Positions 49,857 through 62,579 of a stretch of 64,000 bases of DNA are shown in pieces. Within the stretch, counting starts at the first letter, position 1; each line of letters opens with the position of its first letter. The notes beneath the pieces are model-generated. The model was not told the DNA's origin and ran no database searches. It saw nothing but the letters and a program-made list of their open reading frames with translations. This stretch comes from Squalus acanthias (Eukaryota), in the NCBI GenBank assembly GCA_030390025.1, contig CM059432.1:152274001-152338000 (forward strand), written 5' to 3'. Made by a program: the position numbers and the translations under genes.

Positions 49857-51086
49857 GTCTATAACATCTCTTGCCTCACCAACCAACCCTCCCCTAACTT
49901 GCAAGCCACCAATGCTGCTGCCTCAAAACCATCTCGACTCTTGATGCTGCTGTTTCATTCCCCCCACCACCTTCCCAGCCCATGGATGCAAACAGAAATA
50001 GGAGAAGGCTTAGATCAGAGCAAGAACGCAGAAGAGAACAAGGGGGGGGGAAAGAGGAAAACAAGTGGAGAATGAAGGGAGACAGAAGTGTAAAGAAACA
50101 AAAAGTGAATGAGGTGGAGATGTCTTCACCTAACAACTGTAAAAGACTCAAAATAGATACAGCTGGACGTGATGTTTAATTTTGATTGTGCTAAACTCAA
50201 AAGCAAGTTAATCATACATGGCTCATTCAGTAATTGTGGTACACATTCAGGTCAATATTCCAAAAGGTTGGACATGCCTTCTCCATAGGACATTGCTGGT
50301 ACAATCAATATTAGCCACAGCAGTTGTATTGCAAAAGTGATGTAGGGTTTGCTGGAGTTATAAACGGTACAACTCCTTTGGCCAAGTCTTTTTTCCTAAA
50401 AGATGTACCAAAAACAATAATTGATGATTTTGCACTTCGAAGTAGTCGGGATAACATTTATAATTAATCCCTTGCACACCATAATCACTGAATAAGTTTA
50501 TTCATCTGGGCTTGCTCCTCCTCTATGGGCCTATGATGAATACTCATTTCTGGACAGCTGTTCCCCTTTTGATATAATAAAACTCATGACCCTGCCAAGC
50601 TAATTCCTATTTTCAAAAATAAAACGTTGCTTCTATCTCTAAAATGGATGGCGAGAGCCAGGTGGAAGAAAGGAGGCAACTAAACTTAAAAGCTCAGCTT
50701 TTCAAAAAAAAATAACAAAGACTTCAGAAAGTTAATTGGGGGGGGGGGGGGGGAAAGAGGGAGTAAAATTAAACAAAAAAAAGAAAAAGGGACAACAGAA
50801 AAGGAATTTAATTAAGTGTTTCTGTAGTATAGGCTGAATATTACAATAATAAAGTAACTCCTGCTTTTTGAGTAGTTATATTACTCCAATAATGTTTATT
50901 TCAAATCAGCAAGAGCTGGAAACTTAGAATCAGCCAACCCAGCAAGACAGTTATTTCCCTGGACCTGCTGGCAGTCTAAAAGTTAACACTTAAAATGTGA
51001 AGAAAATTGATGAAACAAAACACCGCACCTTGTGGTTAAAAAGATACAAGAACAATAATCCAAGAAGAAAGCTAAACATTACTCAC

Positions 51087-51182
51087 CTCAAAGCCTTCAA
51101 TGAATTGTTTGTTATAGATACACAAGATGTGAGATCCAGGTTTTTCAGTTTAGTGCAGAATTTACTAAGGCTGACGCAGGTG
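51087..51182 (-). CDS. FBXL2: FBXL2 internal coding exon (96 bp)
   Basis: ttcttttcctttggcAG|CACCTGCGTC...GCTTTGAG|GTGAGT. Translates (S)TCVSLSKFCTKLKNLDLTSCVSITNNSLKAL(S), a cysteine-containing LRR in frame with the preceding exon. Confidence 0.93.
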
Positions 51183-51256
51183 CTGCCAAAGGAAAAGAAA
51201 CACTCAAAATGTTGTTCACCTTGCAAATCAAACCAATTTAAACACATTTGACTTAC

Positions 51257-51325
51257 CTATCATTAATTTTTGTGCAACCATTGAGATTTAAATCTTCAAT
51301 ATTCTTACAGTTCTGTGCAAAAGTC
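51257..51325 (-). CDS. FBXL2: FBXL2 internal coding exon (69 bp)
   Basis: tcttttttcctttAG|GACTTTTGCACAG...AATGATAG|GTAAGT. Translates (K)TFAQNCKNIEDLNLNGCTKIND(S); phase 2-2 continues the previous exon. Confidence 0.93.
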
Positions 51326-51504
51326 CTAAAGGAAAAAAGAAACAAGTTGCAGATTCAAAATATTTAAATACAAAATACAAGTATTCTGAAAAACATAAAT
51401 CCTCTCTGTTAAAGTAGCTTTCCTGCAGTTCTTTTGACAGCAGAAAATTATTAATTTCAGGTAAATAATGAAGTCTTGCTTCTCAACATATAGGTACATC
51501 AATT

Positions 51505-51945
51505 TATTGAGTAAAATGGACCTACACTCTGGAGTTTAGAAGAATGAGAGGTGATCTCATTGAAACATACAAGGTTCTCAGAGGGCTTGTCAGGGTAGAT
51601 GTTGAGAGGCTGTTTCCCCTGGCTGGAGAGAAGAGAACTAGGGGTCACAGTCTCAGGATAAGGGGTCAGCCATTTAGGATTGAGATGAGAAATTTCTTCA
51701 CTCAGAGGATCATTCTCTACCGCCCACCCAAGTACCATAAATATTTTCTCACCGAGCTATCTTCACTGCTTTCCTTCCTCAGGCTCGGCACCGAGCGAAT
51801 TCTCATCCTCGGTGATTTCAACCTCCATCTCAATTCATTATGCTCTCTCTCTTCTGAGTTCACTGCCCTCCTATCACGCCCTCAGTCTCTCCCTCCATGT
51901 AAACACCCCAACCCATATTCACAGCCACCCCCTTGACCTTGCCAC
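51505..51945 (+). mobile_element. CR1 3' fragment abutting an L2 endonuclease fragment
   Basis: [10 protein letters not shown]...RNFFTQR runs in frame into ILYRPPK...LILGDFNLH. Confidence 0.7.
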
Positions 51946-52159
51946 CCAGTGGAGGAGCTGGTACTGAGAGAAGCAGTTCCAGGCAAAGTTGCTCAGTTAA
52001 TGCCAATTCAGTTTATTTCTTCCCTCCTGTGGCTTCTTGTACCAAGGATAAGAGATAGAATGCTAAGGGGGGAAAAAAGATGCTTCATGTGAGCTTTCAA
52101 CATTTTCTTCACTGAACAGCTTTAACCAGTGCTACTATATGCCAGTGAGGACAGGGGTC

Positions 52160-53045
52160 ATAGGCAAGCAGGACTTAAGTGCGGGATATAATTTGGGTGG
52201 CTGTGTTTTGGGCCAGTTGGGTGTTTATGGAAGCTGGAGGGTAGGCAGCCAGTGAGATTGGGGGGGGGGGGGGGGGGGGGGGAGAGAGAGAGAAAGAGTC
52301 CATGTTTAAAGATTTTGGCACCTGAGGTACTGTGGTAAGGGCAGAGGCAGTCAAGGTTGCGGATGTAGGGTATGAAGCTTTACTTTGGGTCAAACACGGC
52401 CCAAAGTTTTACATGGTCTGGCTCAGCTTAAGCGAGTGGCGAGGGTGAGGCAAGATGGAAGAGTTTATAGCCGAGGTCAAAAATTATGTCTTCTATAATC
52501 CCAATGTTGAGTTAGAAGAAATTATGTCTCATCCATAATTTGATATTGGATTAGCAGTCTAACAAAACGGAAGTAGACAGTGGTCAAAGGAGATGGTGGG
52601 GAGGTATAGCTGGGCATCGTCACCATTATACATATGGAAGATAACCTCATAGTTGCAGATGATGTCACCGAGGAGAGCAGCACGTAGATGAGGAAGAGGT
52701 GGTGGCCAAGATTAGATCTTGGGGCACTCGGTGACTGTGTGAGGTTGAAATAAAATGAGCTTGCTGCATTCAGACAGGTAGAAGTGGAACTCTAAGAGCA
52801 GCTTCTGAAGCTGCACAACAGAAGAGCAGCAAAAGAAGAGGATGGCATGGTCAACCATATCAAGCACTGCAAAGACATTGAGGACGACAATAAGTAGGTA
52901 TAATGCATCCCAATTGCCAGCAGAGGACATCATTCATGACTTTGGCCAGGATAACCTCAGTACTCTGGGCAGGAAAGAAGCCAGACAGAAATTATTCAAA
53001 CAGTGAACTCTGGGATAAATGGACACAGAGCTTGGAAGCGACATG
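52160..53045 (-). mobile_element. Degenerate L2 RT fragment
   Basis: Remnants of the LDLSAAFDxVDH and YADDTQLY motifs (52590-52880). Confidence 0.55.
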
Positions 53046-54123
53046 TTTAAGTTATAGACAGATAAATGCAAAGTCTTGCTGAGATTTTTCTATACTTCAA
53101 GAAAAAAATGATAACTATTCAAATAGAGTATATATTTGCTGAATGACAGTCTGTTGAGTCTTGATAGGCAGCTCTGATAAGTCAGTTAGAAGGACAGGCA
53201 TGCAATTGTTAAAGCCCCAGGAAGACTCTACCTGTATGCACTCCTTGTAAATCTTTAATGCCAAGAGGTTTTTTTTGGAGAGGAAGGAACTATAAAATAT
53301 CAATAATAAAATCAGAATCAGAAGGTTCCGGTTTAAGTCTCACTCAAGGATTTGGACACAATGTAGGTTGACAATTCACTGCAGTATTGAAGAGGTGCTG
53401 CATTTTGAAATAAGACGTTGAATCAAAGCCCTGTTCAAATGGGTATAAAAGATCTCATGGCAAGAGGAGCAGGAAGTTCTCCCGGTGTCCTAGCCAATAC
53501 TACCAACGGATTAACTGCTCATTTATTTTGTTTGCCATTTGTGGGACCTTGCTGTGCACAATTTGACTACCACAATTATCTAGTTAGCTGTGAACTACTT
53601 TGGGATGTTTTGAGGTGCTATAAAATGCAAGCTTGTTCTTTTTTCCTGGTCTACTTTTAACTTCACTGCTGTCAGAATGCTGTCCTCTACCAATGGAATG
53701 GCTCCAAAGAAATCTTAGTGAGCTCCTATATATGGCTTTTAATGATCCTGATTTAAGTGTTCCCTTATCCAAGCATATGTGGCAACAAACCTCCAGTGGT
53801 CCATGTGAAAGCTGATCACAGGTCATTTGAAAGAGATAACTTCAATTTATATACCACCATCATGTCCTCACTGCTGAAAAGAAAGTTGAGGCCATATCCA
53901 GGGCCACAAACTATTTTTGTCTTCAACACAGCCACAAAATTCACAAACACTTGGACAAGGTCCTGTCTCACTGTGAATCAAGCAACTGAGAGGCATCTCA
54001 AACAACTTGGTCTGCAAGTTAGCCAGTGGACCCGAAATACATATCAAGAGTAATTCTACGGTCCCGCAATTCCCACGAGGGACAAATCTCTTAAAGAAAC
54101 CCTCATCATTCCAGCAAGATACT

Positions 54124-54886
54124 GGGCCAGAAATTTGGGTCTCCACGGGTGAGTACGCACAGTGTACTCACCCGTAGACCCAACGAAAGTGCCGGTTTCG
54201 CACATGCACTGCGCATGCGCTGGAAACCGGAACTTCCGTTCCCTTGAAGGAAGGGGTTCGGAGGTCAAACGCGTGCACCGGAGAGGCAGCGCATACGCCT
54301 GGAACTTCAGGTTTTTTTTCCAGGTTTCTCCATGAGGGTAAGTCCCTAGCAGCTGCGCGTTGAAAAAGCAGGCGCAAGGCCTGCTTTTAACAAGGTAAGT
54401 GGTGAATTAAGTAAAATTTAAACATTTTTTCCACAGGTTTATCTTTTTTAAATACTTTAAAGAAAGGTAAGTTTATTTTTAGCCCTGTTAAAAACTAAGT
54501 AATTTTTTCAAAAATTTAAATTTTTGTTTAAAATAGTTAATTTATGTAATTTATAGTTATTTTAAAAATGTGATTTTAAAAAAAAAATTATTTGAAGTTT
54601 TAGTTAGGTTTTGGGGCCGATCTCTATTCATAGATTTGACAGGTCTTCCTGTCAAATCTATGAATGGAGATTCCCTGCTCCGATTGGCTCTCCATGGCCC
54701 ACGTAATCCCAGGGGACGCTTCGAACTAACTGCACCCCTGGGATACGCGAGCACTGCACACCAGCAGCTGGAGGAGGCCCAGGATCGGAATCCCACGCGG
54801 GCCCACAGCACAACGGCAGGCGCGCTAGGTAAGTGCAGGTTGGGGGCTTGCACCCGCGGGAAGCCTCCGACCCGAATTTCTGGCCC
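54124..54886 (+). mobile_element. Harbinger-type MITE, copy 2
   Basis: TIR GGGCCAGAAATT / AATTTCTGGCCC, TSD ACT (54121-54123 and 54887-54889). Colinear with copy 1 (GAGTACGCAC.GTGTACTCACCC, GCACTGCGCATGCGC, TCTTCCTGTCAAA, GAACTAACTGC). Confidence 0.85.
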
Positions 54887-55032
54887 ACTGTATCTAGGTT
54901 GCTCGTAGTACAACACTACTGCCCAGTAAACTTGGTTGCAGATTAAATGCGCTCGAGAATACTTCCTTCCTCACAAGTACAACATTTTAGATGACTTGTA
55001 TGGGGTTAAATAGGATTCCTGCATTGATAACA

Positions 55033-56368
55033 ACATAAGAAATAGGAGCAGGAGTAGGCCATTCGGCCCCTCAAGCCTGCTGCGCCATTCAATAAGATCC
55101 TGGCTGATCTACCTCAACTCCACTTTCCTACACTGTCCCCATATCCCTTCATTCCCTTAATATCTAAAAAATCTATCGATCTCTGTCTTGAATATACTCA
55201 ACGACTGAGCTTCAACAGCTCTCTGAGGTAGAGAATTCCAAAGATTCACCACCCTCTGAGTGAAGAAATTTCTCCTCATCTCAGTCCTAAATGGCCGACC
55301 CCTTATTGAGACTGTGACCCCTGGTTCTAGACTCCCCAACCAGGGGAAACATCCTCCCTGCATCTACCCTGTCAAGCCCTGTAAGAATTTTGTATGCTTC
55401 AATGAGGTCACCTCTCATTCTTCTAAACTCTAGAGAATATAGGCCTAGTCTACTCAATCTGTACTCATAGGACAACCCCCCATCCCAGGAATCAGACTAG
55501 GTGAACCTTTGTTGCACTCCTTCTATGGCAAGTATATCCTGGCATAGGTAAGGAAAGCAAGATTGTACACAATACTCCAGGTGTGGTCTCACCAGGGCCC
55601 TATATAATTGCAGTAAGACGTCTTTACTCTTATACTCAAATCCTCTTGTAATAAAGGCCAACATACCATTTGCTTTCCTAATTGCTTGCTGTACCTGCAT
55701 GTTAACTTTCAGTGATATGTACAAGGACACCCAGGTCCCTCTGAACACCAACATTTCCCAATCTCTCACCATTTAAAAAATACTCTGCTTTTCTATTTTT
55801 CCTACCAAAGTGGATAACTTCACATTTCCCTACATTATATTCCATTTGCCATGGTCTTGCCCACTCCCTTAGCCTGTCTACATCCTCTTGAAGCCTCCTT
55901 GCATCCTCCTCACAACTTACATTCCCACCCAGCTTTGTATCATTGGCAAACTTGGATATATTACATTTGGTCCCCTCATCCAAATCATTGATGTAGATTG
56001 TGAATAGCTGAAGCCCAAGCACTGATCCTTGCGGTACGCCACTAGTTACAGCCGGTCAACCCGAAAATGACCCGTTTATTCCTTCTCTGTTTTCTGTCAT
56101 TTAACCAATCCTCAATCCATGCTAGTATATTACCCCCAATCCCATGAGCCCTCATTTTGTTTAATAACCTCTTGTGTGGCACCTTATCGAATGTCTTCTG
56201 AAAATCCAAATACACCAGAACCACTGGTTCCCCCTGATCTATTCTGCTAGTTACAACCTCAAAAAACTCTGAACAGATTTGTCAATCACAATTTCCCCTT
56301 TCATAAGTCAGTGTTGACTCTGCCCAATCCTATTATTATTTTCTAAGTGCCCTCTTACCATGTCCTTA
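55033..56368 (-). mobile_element. CR1 LINE 3' portion
   Basis: [39 protein letters not shown], plus tail. Confidence 0.9.
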
Positions 56369-58716
56369 TGTAACAGTGAAAATGCAGACACAAAATTGTG
56401 TTTGGTGCCAACCAGCTGAGCATTCAGTCTGCTTGACCAATGACCAGTTAATGGGATGGGAGTGAATGGACTCAATAAACCTAGGTTCACTGGTGATTTT
56501 ATAGTCTGTACAGAACTCCTGGTAACAAAGTTGGCTCAAACAACCTACTACCCTTAGCCTCGCAAGACAACCTCCACTTGTCAATGTGACCTTTAAGGCT
56601 CACCAACCTGAGATACAAGTCCATCAGACTCTGGAAGAAGCTGAGCCATATAGGAGGATAGGACATGCACTAAGAATGGCTGTTCAAGGGATCCAAGTGC
56701 AAACAAGTGTTTTCACAAACACTTAAGTGAGGGCAGGTCGATATTACGAAAACAATAAACAAGCGATCAACAGCAACTACTTGTCAAATCCAAGCTAGCT
56801 AGATGAATAGGAAGGTGAACAGAGGAACCCTTTTACACATGCTGAAGGAATAACTACCACACAGGTCAATACGTCTTAAAGAATATAATTCTCCTTGCTG
56901 GTGGTGCTTTCCTTCTTCATTAAGTTCTACATCTGGAAGGTGGGGTGAAGCATTTCCTTTCCATGGCACAGTCAGAAATCTTTGCTCCGTTTCTCGTTGG
57001 GAAGTCTGGACAGCATGTGACAGTATGCATGCTGTGACAGTTTATCAGGTTTAGTTGGAGCTGCCCCTTACGCTTTGTTCCCTTACCCTTTCCATCAGGC
57101 TAACTAACTTTGCAGTACTGACTTGTCTCTGGTTTTACCCTTCTGTTTAAGAACTGATTTCTGTAGCCCTATAGCTATAAAGATCCTCAACCCCAGAGGA
57201 GCGACTTTAACATAATACTGAAACATATACCGAAGCAGCTGATAGCGCAAAGCAACGGAGGTCACGTGGGTCAGTGTGGCGCGAAGCAGTGGATGGCAGA
57301 CGTCACGTGGGTCAGTGGAGCGCGAGGCAGCGAAGAGAAGAGAGGAGCTCGGGGGCTGCGGAGGAGTGTAAAAGAGAGGGAGCACAGGTCCAGGGTAATC
57401 CAGAGATGTAACAGACAGAAACAGACTCCAGTATAAAAGAGGGAACACAGAGCATCCAGTGCAACCCAGAGAGAGAGCACGGAACAACAACCAAAAACCT
57501 ACTCATTGTCACAGGCTTGAGTAATATTATACCATCGGTAATTCTGTGTCTTGCCACATTTCATTCACTACCTAAAATTGTGTTAAAAAAAGAGGATAAT
57601 TGTTAAATATTAGATAAATAAAAAGGATTTGAGAACCAATGAAGAATCAAGTTTAGTAATGAATAAACCGGGATTACTCGGGCCCCAGAGGAAAGTACCC
57701 GCTTCCCTCAAGGGAGAGAGATTCTTAGCGACTGTCTAAGAAAATGGAACACAATCCAGTTAATTAGTAAATTTATTGGACTAGAGTAGACTTTCAGGTA
57801 ATAGCCAGACCAATTTAACAACATACGGTTAAATACAATTATATAAAATGTTAGTGGCCTGCCATTACTGCTTATGGGATATTGAGGTTGTGCAAGAACT
57901 TAATTTGTTTCAGGAAAAATAAATCCCACAGACTGAAAATGTATTTCCCACAACACAATATTTCCCATCAGTGGGAATGTACTTGTAAAGTAAGGAGCAG
58001 AATAGGGCCCAGAGGAAAAGCAAAAACTCTTGGTTCCAGATGGAAGTCTTTATAATTCTTGCAAATTTCCCCACTGGATGAACTTATATATGTAGAGATC
58101 AACAAAAAGAATAATGGTTTAGACAATTCCTTTAATACTTTTTCCAAAAATGTGATGCATGACATAATTCAGGAAAGATGAGACAGCAGTATAGTAATTG
58201 TTCATTGAAAGAGTTTCAGGTCAACAATTCTCAGCAACGTGACATTTGTACACCCCACTTTTTGTTTTCAACTGCCATTATCATATTTCATACTGTGGGA
58301 TTATTAAAAGAGAGAGATTTTCCAAATCAGATTTTTTTTTTTTTTTTAAGATTTTAACAGTCAGAGGGCTAGAATTCTTCAGTGTTCCACTTGTGGTGCC
58401 AACTGTTACTTCTATTGCTCCAGTTCCTGTTAGAGAGCCAGGAAAGAGGAGAGGCATTCAGAGAAACAATTACACAAATCAAACAATACTACTTCATAAT
58501 CATGATTATTAAAAATGTATTATGGAACAGAATTTGTTTTACATGTAGTTGGTTCCTATCAAAAAATTCTAGTGCTGCATTAAGAGGCAAAAGCTGTTAG
58601 GAAGTTCTATCAATGAACACTTTCAAAACTGCAGTCTATTTTTTCCCTAAGTGAAACCACTCATAATTTTTTTGTATAAGTAGATACTAATTACCACATT
58701 TAAAAAAAAAACTTAC

Positions 58717-58811
58717 TTAAGAGAAGCATCACCAATGCTAAGACATCCCCGCAGGCTAAGTTGACGCAGGAATCCTCCACATCGTTTTGAAATGTTTTCC
58801 ACTACACGACC
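58717..58811 (-). CDS. FBXL2: F-box/LRR-repeat protein 2, internal coding exon (95 bp)
   Basis: Minus strand reads ...ctgatcatAG|GGTCGTGTAGTG...TCTCTTAA|GTAAGT and translates GRVVENISKRCGGFLRQLSLRGCLSIGDASL(K), matching the recalled FBXL2/FBXL20 sequence. DASLK favours FBXL2 over FBXL20 (DNALR). Confidence 0.92.
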
Positions 58812-59289
58812 CTATGATCAGAGGTAGCAAGGTAAGTACTGCATATATTAAACAAAAAACAATTCCCTTCCCCAATATACACAATATGAATTTGCACAGA
58901 ACTTCAGTAACCAATGATTCAACCAGAATGATGAAGAATTCACAGGTTTGAGGGAGCGAGACCTGGTCAGATTTATTGCTTTCAAAAAGTTAAAAACTGG
59001 CTCAGTCACTAAACTTGAAAGTTTTATCAAATCACTCTTGCAAATCAAGTAATATTTCTCAATATAAATCAACTTTAACCAAAATATGATTAGTCCCCCA
59101 CATATCCTGTTGAAAATCCAAAAAACAATTATTTTGTGATAAATAGTACTATTTTTTAAAAATTCAACACTACAAAGAAGCTGGCAAGTATAGAAAAGTT
59201 TTGTTGATCTGCTGGAATAGTTTGAGAGAACTTGGCTTAGTTTGGTCCAGTCTTTCGGAGCTGACAAATGTGTATAGAGTCCCACTATT

Positions 59290-60040
59290 TGCTAAGGGAT
59301 ACCTCTTCACATTGTATTATTTTTTCCTTCAGGTACTTATCCAATTCCCTTTTGAAAGCCATGATTGAGTCTGCCTCCACCACCCTTTCAGGCAGTGCAT
59401 TCCAGATCCTGACCACTTGCTGCGTAAAAAGGTTTTTCCTCATGTCGCCTTTGGTTCTTTTATCAATCACCTTGAATCTGCCTCCTCTGGTTCTCAACCC
59501 TTCCGCCAATGGGCAGTTTCTCTCCATCTACTCTGTCCAGACCCCTCATAATTTTGAATACCTCTATCAAATCTCCTCTCAACCTTTTCTGCTCTAAGGA
59601 GAACAACCCCAGCTTCTCTACTCTATCCACGTAACTGAAGTCCCTCATCCCTGGAATCATTCTCGTAAATCTTTTCTGCACCCTCTCCAAGGCCTTCACA
59701 TCCTTTCTAAAGTGCAGTGCCCAGAATTGGACACAATACTCCAATTGAGGCCGAATCAGTATTTTATGCAGGTTCATCATCACTTCCTTGCTTTTGTACT
59801 CTATGCCTCTATTTATGAAGCCCAGCATCCCTGTTGCTTTTTAAACCACTTTCTCAACCTGCCTGCCACCTTCAACGATTTGTGCACATATACCCCCAGG
59901 TCTCTGTTCATGCACCCCCTTTAGGATTGTACCCTTTAGTTGATATTATCTCTCCTCGTTCTTCCTACCAAAATGTATCACTTTCCACTTTTCTGCGTTA
60001 AATTTCATCTGCCACTTGTCCGCCCATTTCACCAGTCTGA
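59290..60040 (-). mobile_element. CR1 3' portion
   Basis: [38 protein letters not shown]. Confidence 0.85.
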
Positions 60041-60054
60041 CCAAAAAATTGATG

Positions 60055-62575
60055 AAAAGGGAAAAAAATAGAATGAGAGAAAACTAGCAAGAAATATAAA
60101 AGCAGATTGTAAGAGTTTCTACAAGTATGTAAAAAGGAAAAGAGTAGCAAAAGTAAACGTTGGTCCCTTAGAGGCTGATACAGGAGAAATTATTATGGGG
60201 AATAAGGAAATGGCAGAAACGTTAAACAAATATTTTGTATCTGTCTTCACAGTAGAAGACACAAAAAGCATACCAAAAATGGTGGGGAACCAAGGGTCTA
60301 ATGAGGGTGAGGAACTTAACGTAATTAATATAAGTAGAGAAAAAGTACTAGAGAAACTAATGGGACTAAAAGCCGACAAATCCCCTGAACCCAACGGCCT
60401 ACATCCTAGGGTTCTAAAAGAGGTGGCTGAAGAGATAGTGGATACATTGGTTTTGATCTTCCAAAATTCCCTAGATTCTTGAATGGTCCCAGCAGATTGG
60501 AAGGTCGCAACTGTAACACCGCTATTCACGTACGGACCGGGGTCAGGCAAGGCTGTGTCATCGCACCAACGCTCTTCTCGATCTTCCTTGCTGCAATGCT
60601 CCATCTCACCCTCAGTAAGCTCCCCGCTGGAGTGGAGCTAATTTACAGAACAAACGGGAAACTAGTCAACCTCCGTCACCTCCAGTCCAGATCCAAGGTT
60701 GTCCCATCCTCTGTCGTTGAATTACAGTATGCAGACAACGCTTGCGTCTGCGCACACTCGGAGGTCGAACTCCAAACCATCGTCAACACCTTCACCGAAG
60801 CGTACGAGAGCACAGGCCTTGCACTAAAAATCCGTAAGACAAAGGTCCTCTACCAACCTGCCCCCGCCACACAGTACTGCCCCCCGATTATCAAAATCCA
60901 CAACAAGGCCTTGGACAACGTGGACCACTTTCCATACCTTGGGAGCTTACTGTCAACAAGGGCAGACATCGATGACGAAGTCCAACACCGTCTTCAGTGT
61001 GCCAGTGCAGCCTTCGGTCGCCTGAGGAAGTGTGTGTTTGAAGACCATGACCTCAAACCCGGCACTAAGCTCATGGTCTACAGAGCAGCAGTGATACCCG
61101 CCCTGCTGTATGCCTCAGAGACATGGACCATGTACAGCAGGCACCTCAAAGCACTGGAGAGGTACCACCAACGCTGCCTCCGCAAGATCCTGCAAAGACA
61201 TTGGCAGGATAGGCGCACCAACGTCAGTGTTCTCGCTCAGGCCAACATCCCCAGCATCGAAGCTTTGACCACGCTCAATCAGCTCCGATGGACGGGTCAC
61301 ATCATCCGCATGCCCGATACGAGACTCCCAAAACAAGTGCTCTACTCGGAGCTCCGACACGGCAAGAGAGCCCCAGGTGGGCAGAGGAAATGCTTCAAGG
61401 ACACCCTCAAAGCCTCCTTGAAAAAGTGCAACGTCCCCACTGACACCTGGGAATCCCTGGCCCAAGACCGCACAAAGTGGAGGAGAAGCATCTGGGAAGG
61501 CGCCGAACATCGAGTCTCTTCGCCGGGAGCAATCGGAAGCCAAGCGCAAGCAGCGCATGTCAACCCAAGAACCCCACCCATTCGCCCCTTCAACCACCGT
61601 CTGCCCCACCTGTGACAGAGACTGTAGGTCCCGCATTGGACTCATCAGTCACCTGAGAACTCATTTTTAATGTGGAAGCAAGTCATCCTCGGTTCCGAGG
61701 GACTGCCTAAGAAGAAGATTATTCATCTGGAAATGCTGGAATCTAGTGTTAAGGAAGTGGTATCAAGTCACTTAGAAAATCATAACATAATTAGGCAGAG
61801 TCAACATGGTTTTATGGGAAATCGTGTTTGACAAATTTATTAGAGTTTTTGAGGATGTAACTAGCAGGGTAGATAAAGGGGAACCAGTGGATGTAGTATA
61901 TTTGGATTTCCAAAAGGCATTCGATAAGGTGCCATATAAAAGGTTATTACACAAAATTAGGGCTCATGGGGTTAGGGGTAATATAGTAGCATGGATAGAG
62001 AATTGGTTAACGGACAGAAACAGAGTAGGGATAAACGGATCTTTTTCAGGTTGGCAGGCTGTAACTAGTGGGGTGCCGCAAGGATCAGTGTTGGGGCCTC
62101 AGCTATTTACAATCTATATTAATGACCTAGATGAAGGGACTGAGTGTAATGTATCCAAGTTTGCTGATGATACAGCTTACTGTCCCACCTAGCTTTGTGA
62201 GGAGAACACAAAAAGTCTGCAAAGGAATATAGATAGATTAAGTGAGTGCACAGTAAGGTGGCAGATGGAGTATAATGTAGGGAAATGTGAGGTTATTCAC
62301 TTGGGTAGGAAGAATAGAAAAACAGAATATTTTTTAAATGGTGGAAAACTTTCAAATGTTGGTGCTCAGAGAGATTTGGGTGCCCTCGTGCAAGAAACAC
62401 AGAAAGCTAGCATGCAGGTACAGCAAGCAATAAGGAAGGCAAATGGCATGTTGGCCTTTATTGCAAGGGGGTTGGAGTATAAGAGTAAGGAAGTCTTGCT
62501 ACAATTGTACAGGGCCTTGGTGAGACCACACCTGGAGTACTGTGCACAGTTTTGGTCTCTTTATCTAAGGAAGGG
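60055..62575 (+). mobile_element. CR1 ORF2 fragment split by an RTE insertion
   Basis: CR1 peptides at 60195-60527 and 61729-62575 ([27 protein letters not shown]). Confidence 0.88.
60529..61718 (+). mobile_element. RTE-clade (BovB-like) LINE, 5'-truncated
   Basis: GVRQGCVIAPTLF, LQYADN, FPYLGS, LLYASETW, RWTGH..RM, RLPKQ; C-terminal CxxC...H..H in a shifted frame; ends GACTGCCT(AAG)n. Confidence 0.9.
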
Positions 62576-62579
62576 AAAA

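Noticed and set aside
51544..51936. 130-aa CR1-RT / L2-endonuclease fusion ORF
   Set aside because: Chance in-frame juxtaposition of two short TE fragments; neither domain is complete.
52259..52292. Long poly-G plus GA run (also 50738-50753)
   Set aside because: Simple homopolymer or microsatellite with no further evidence of function.
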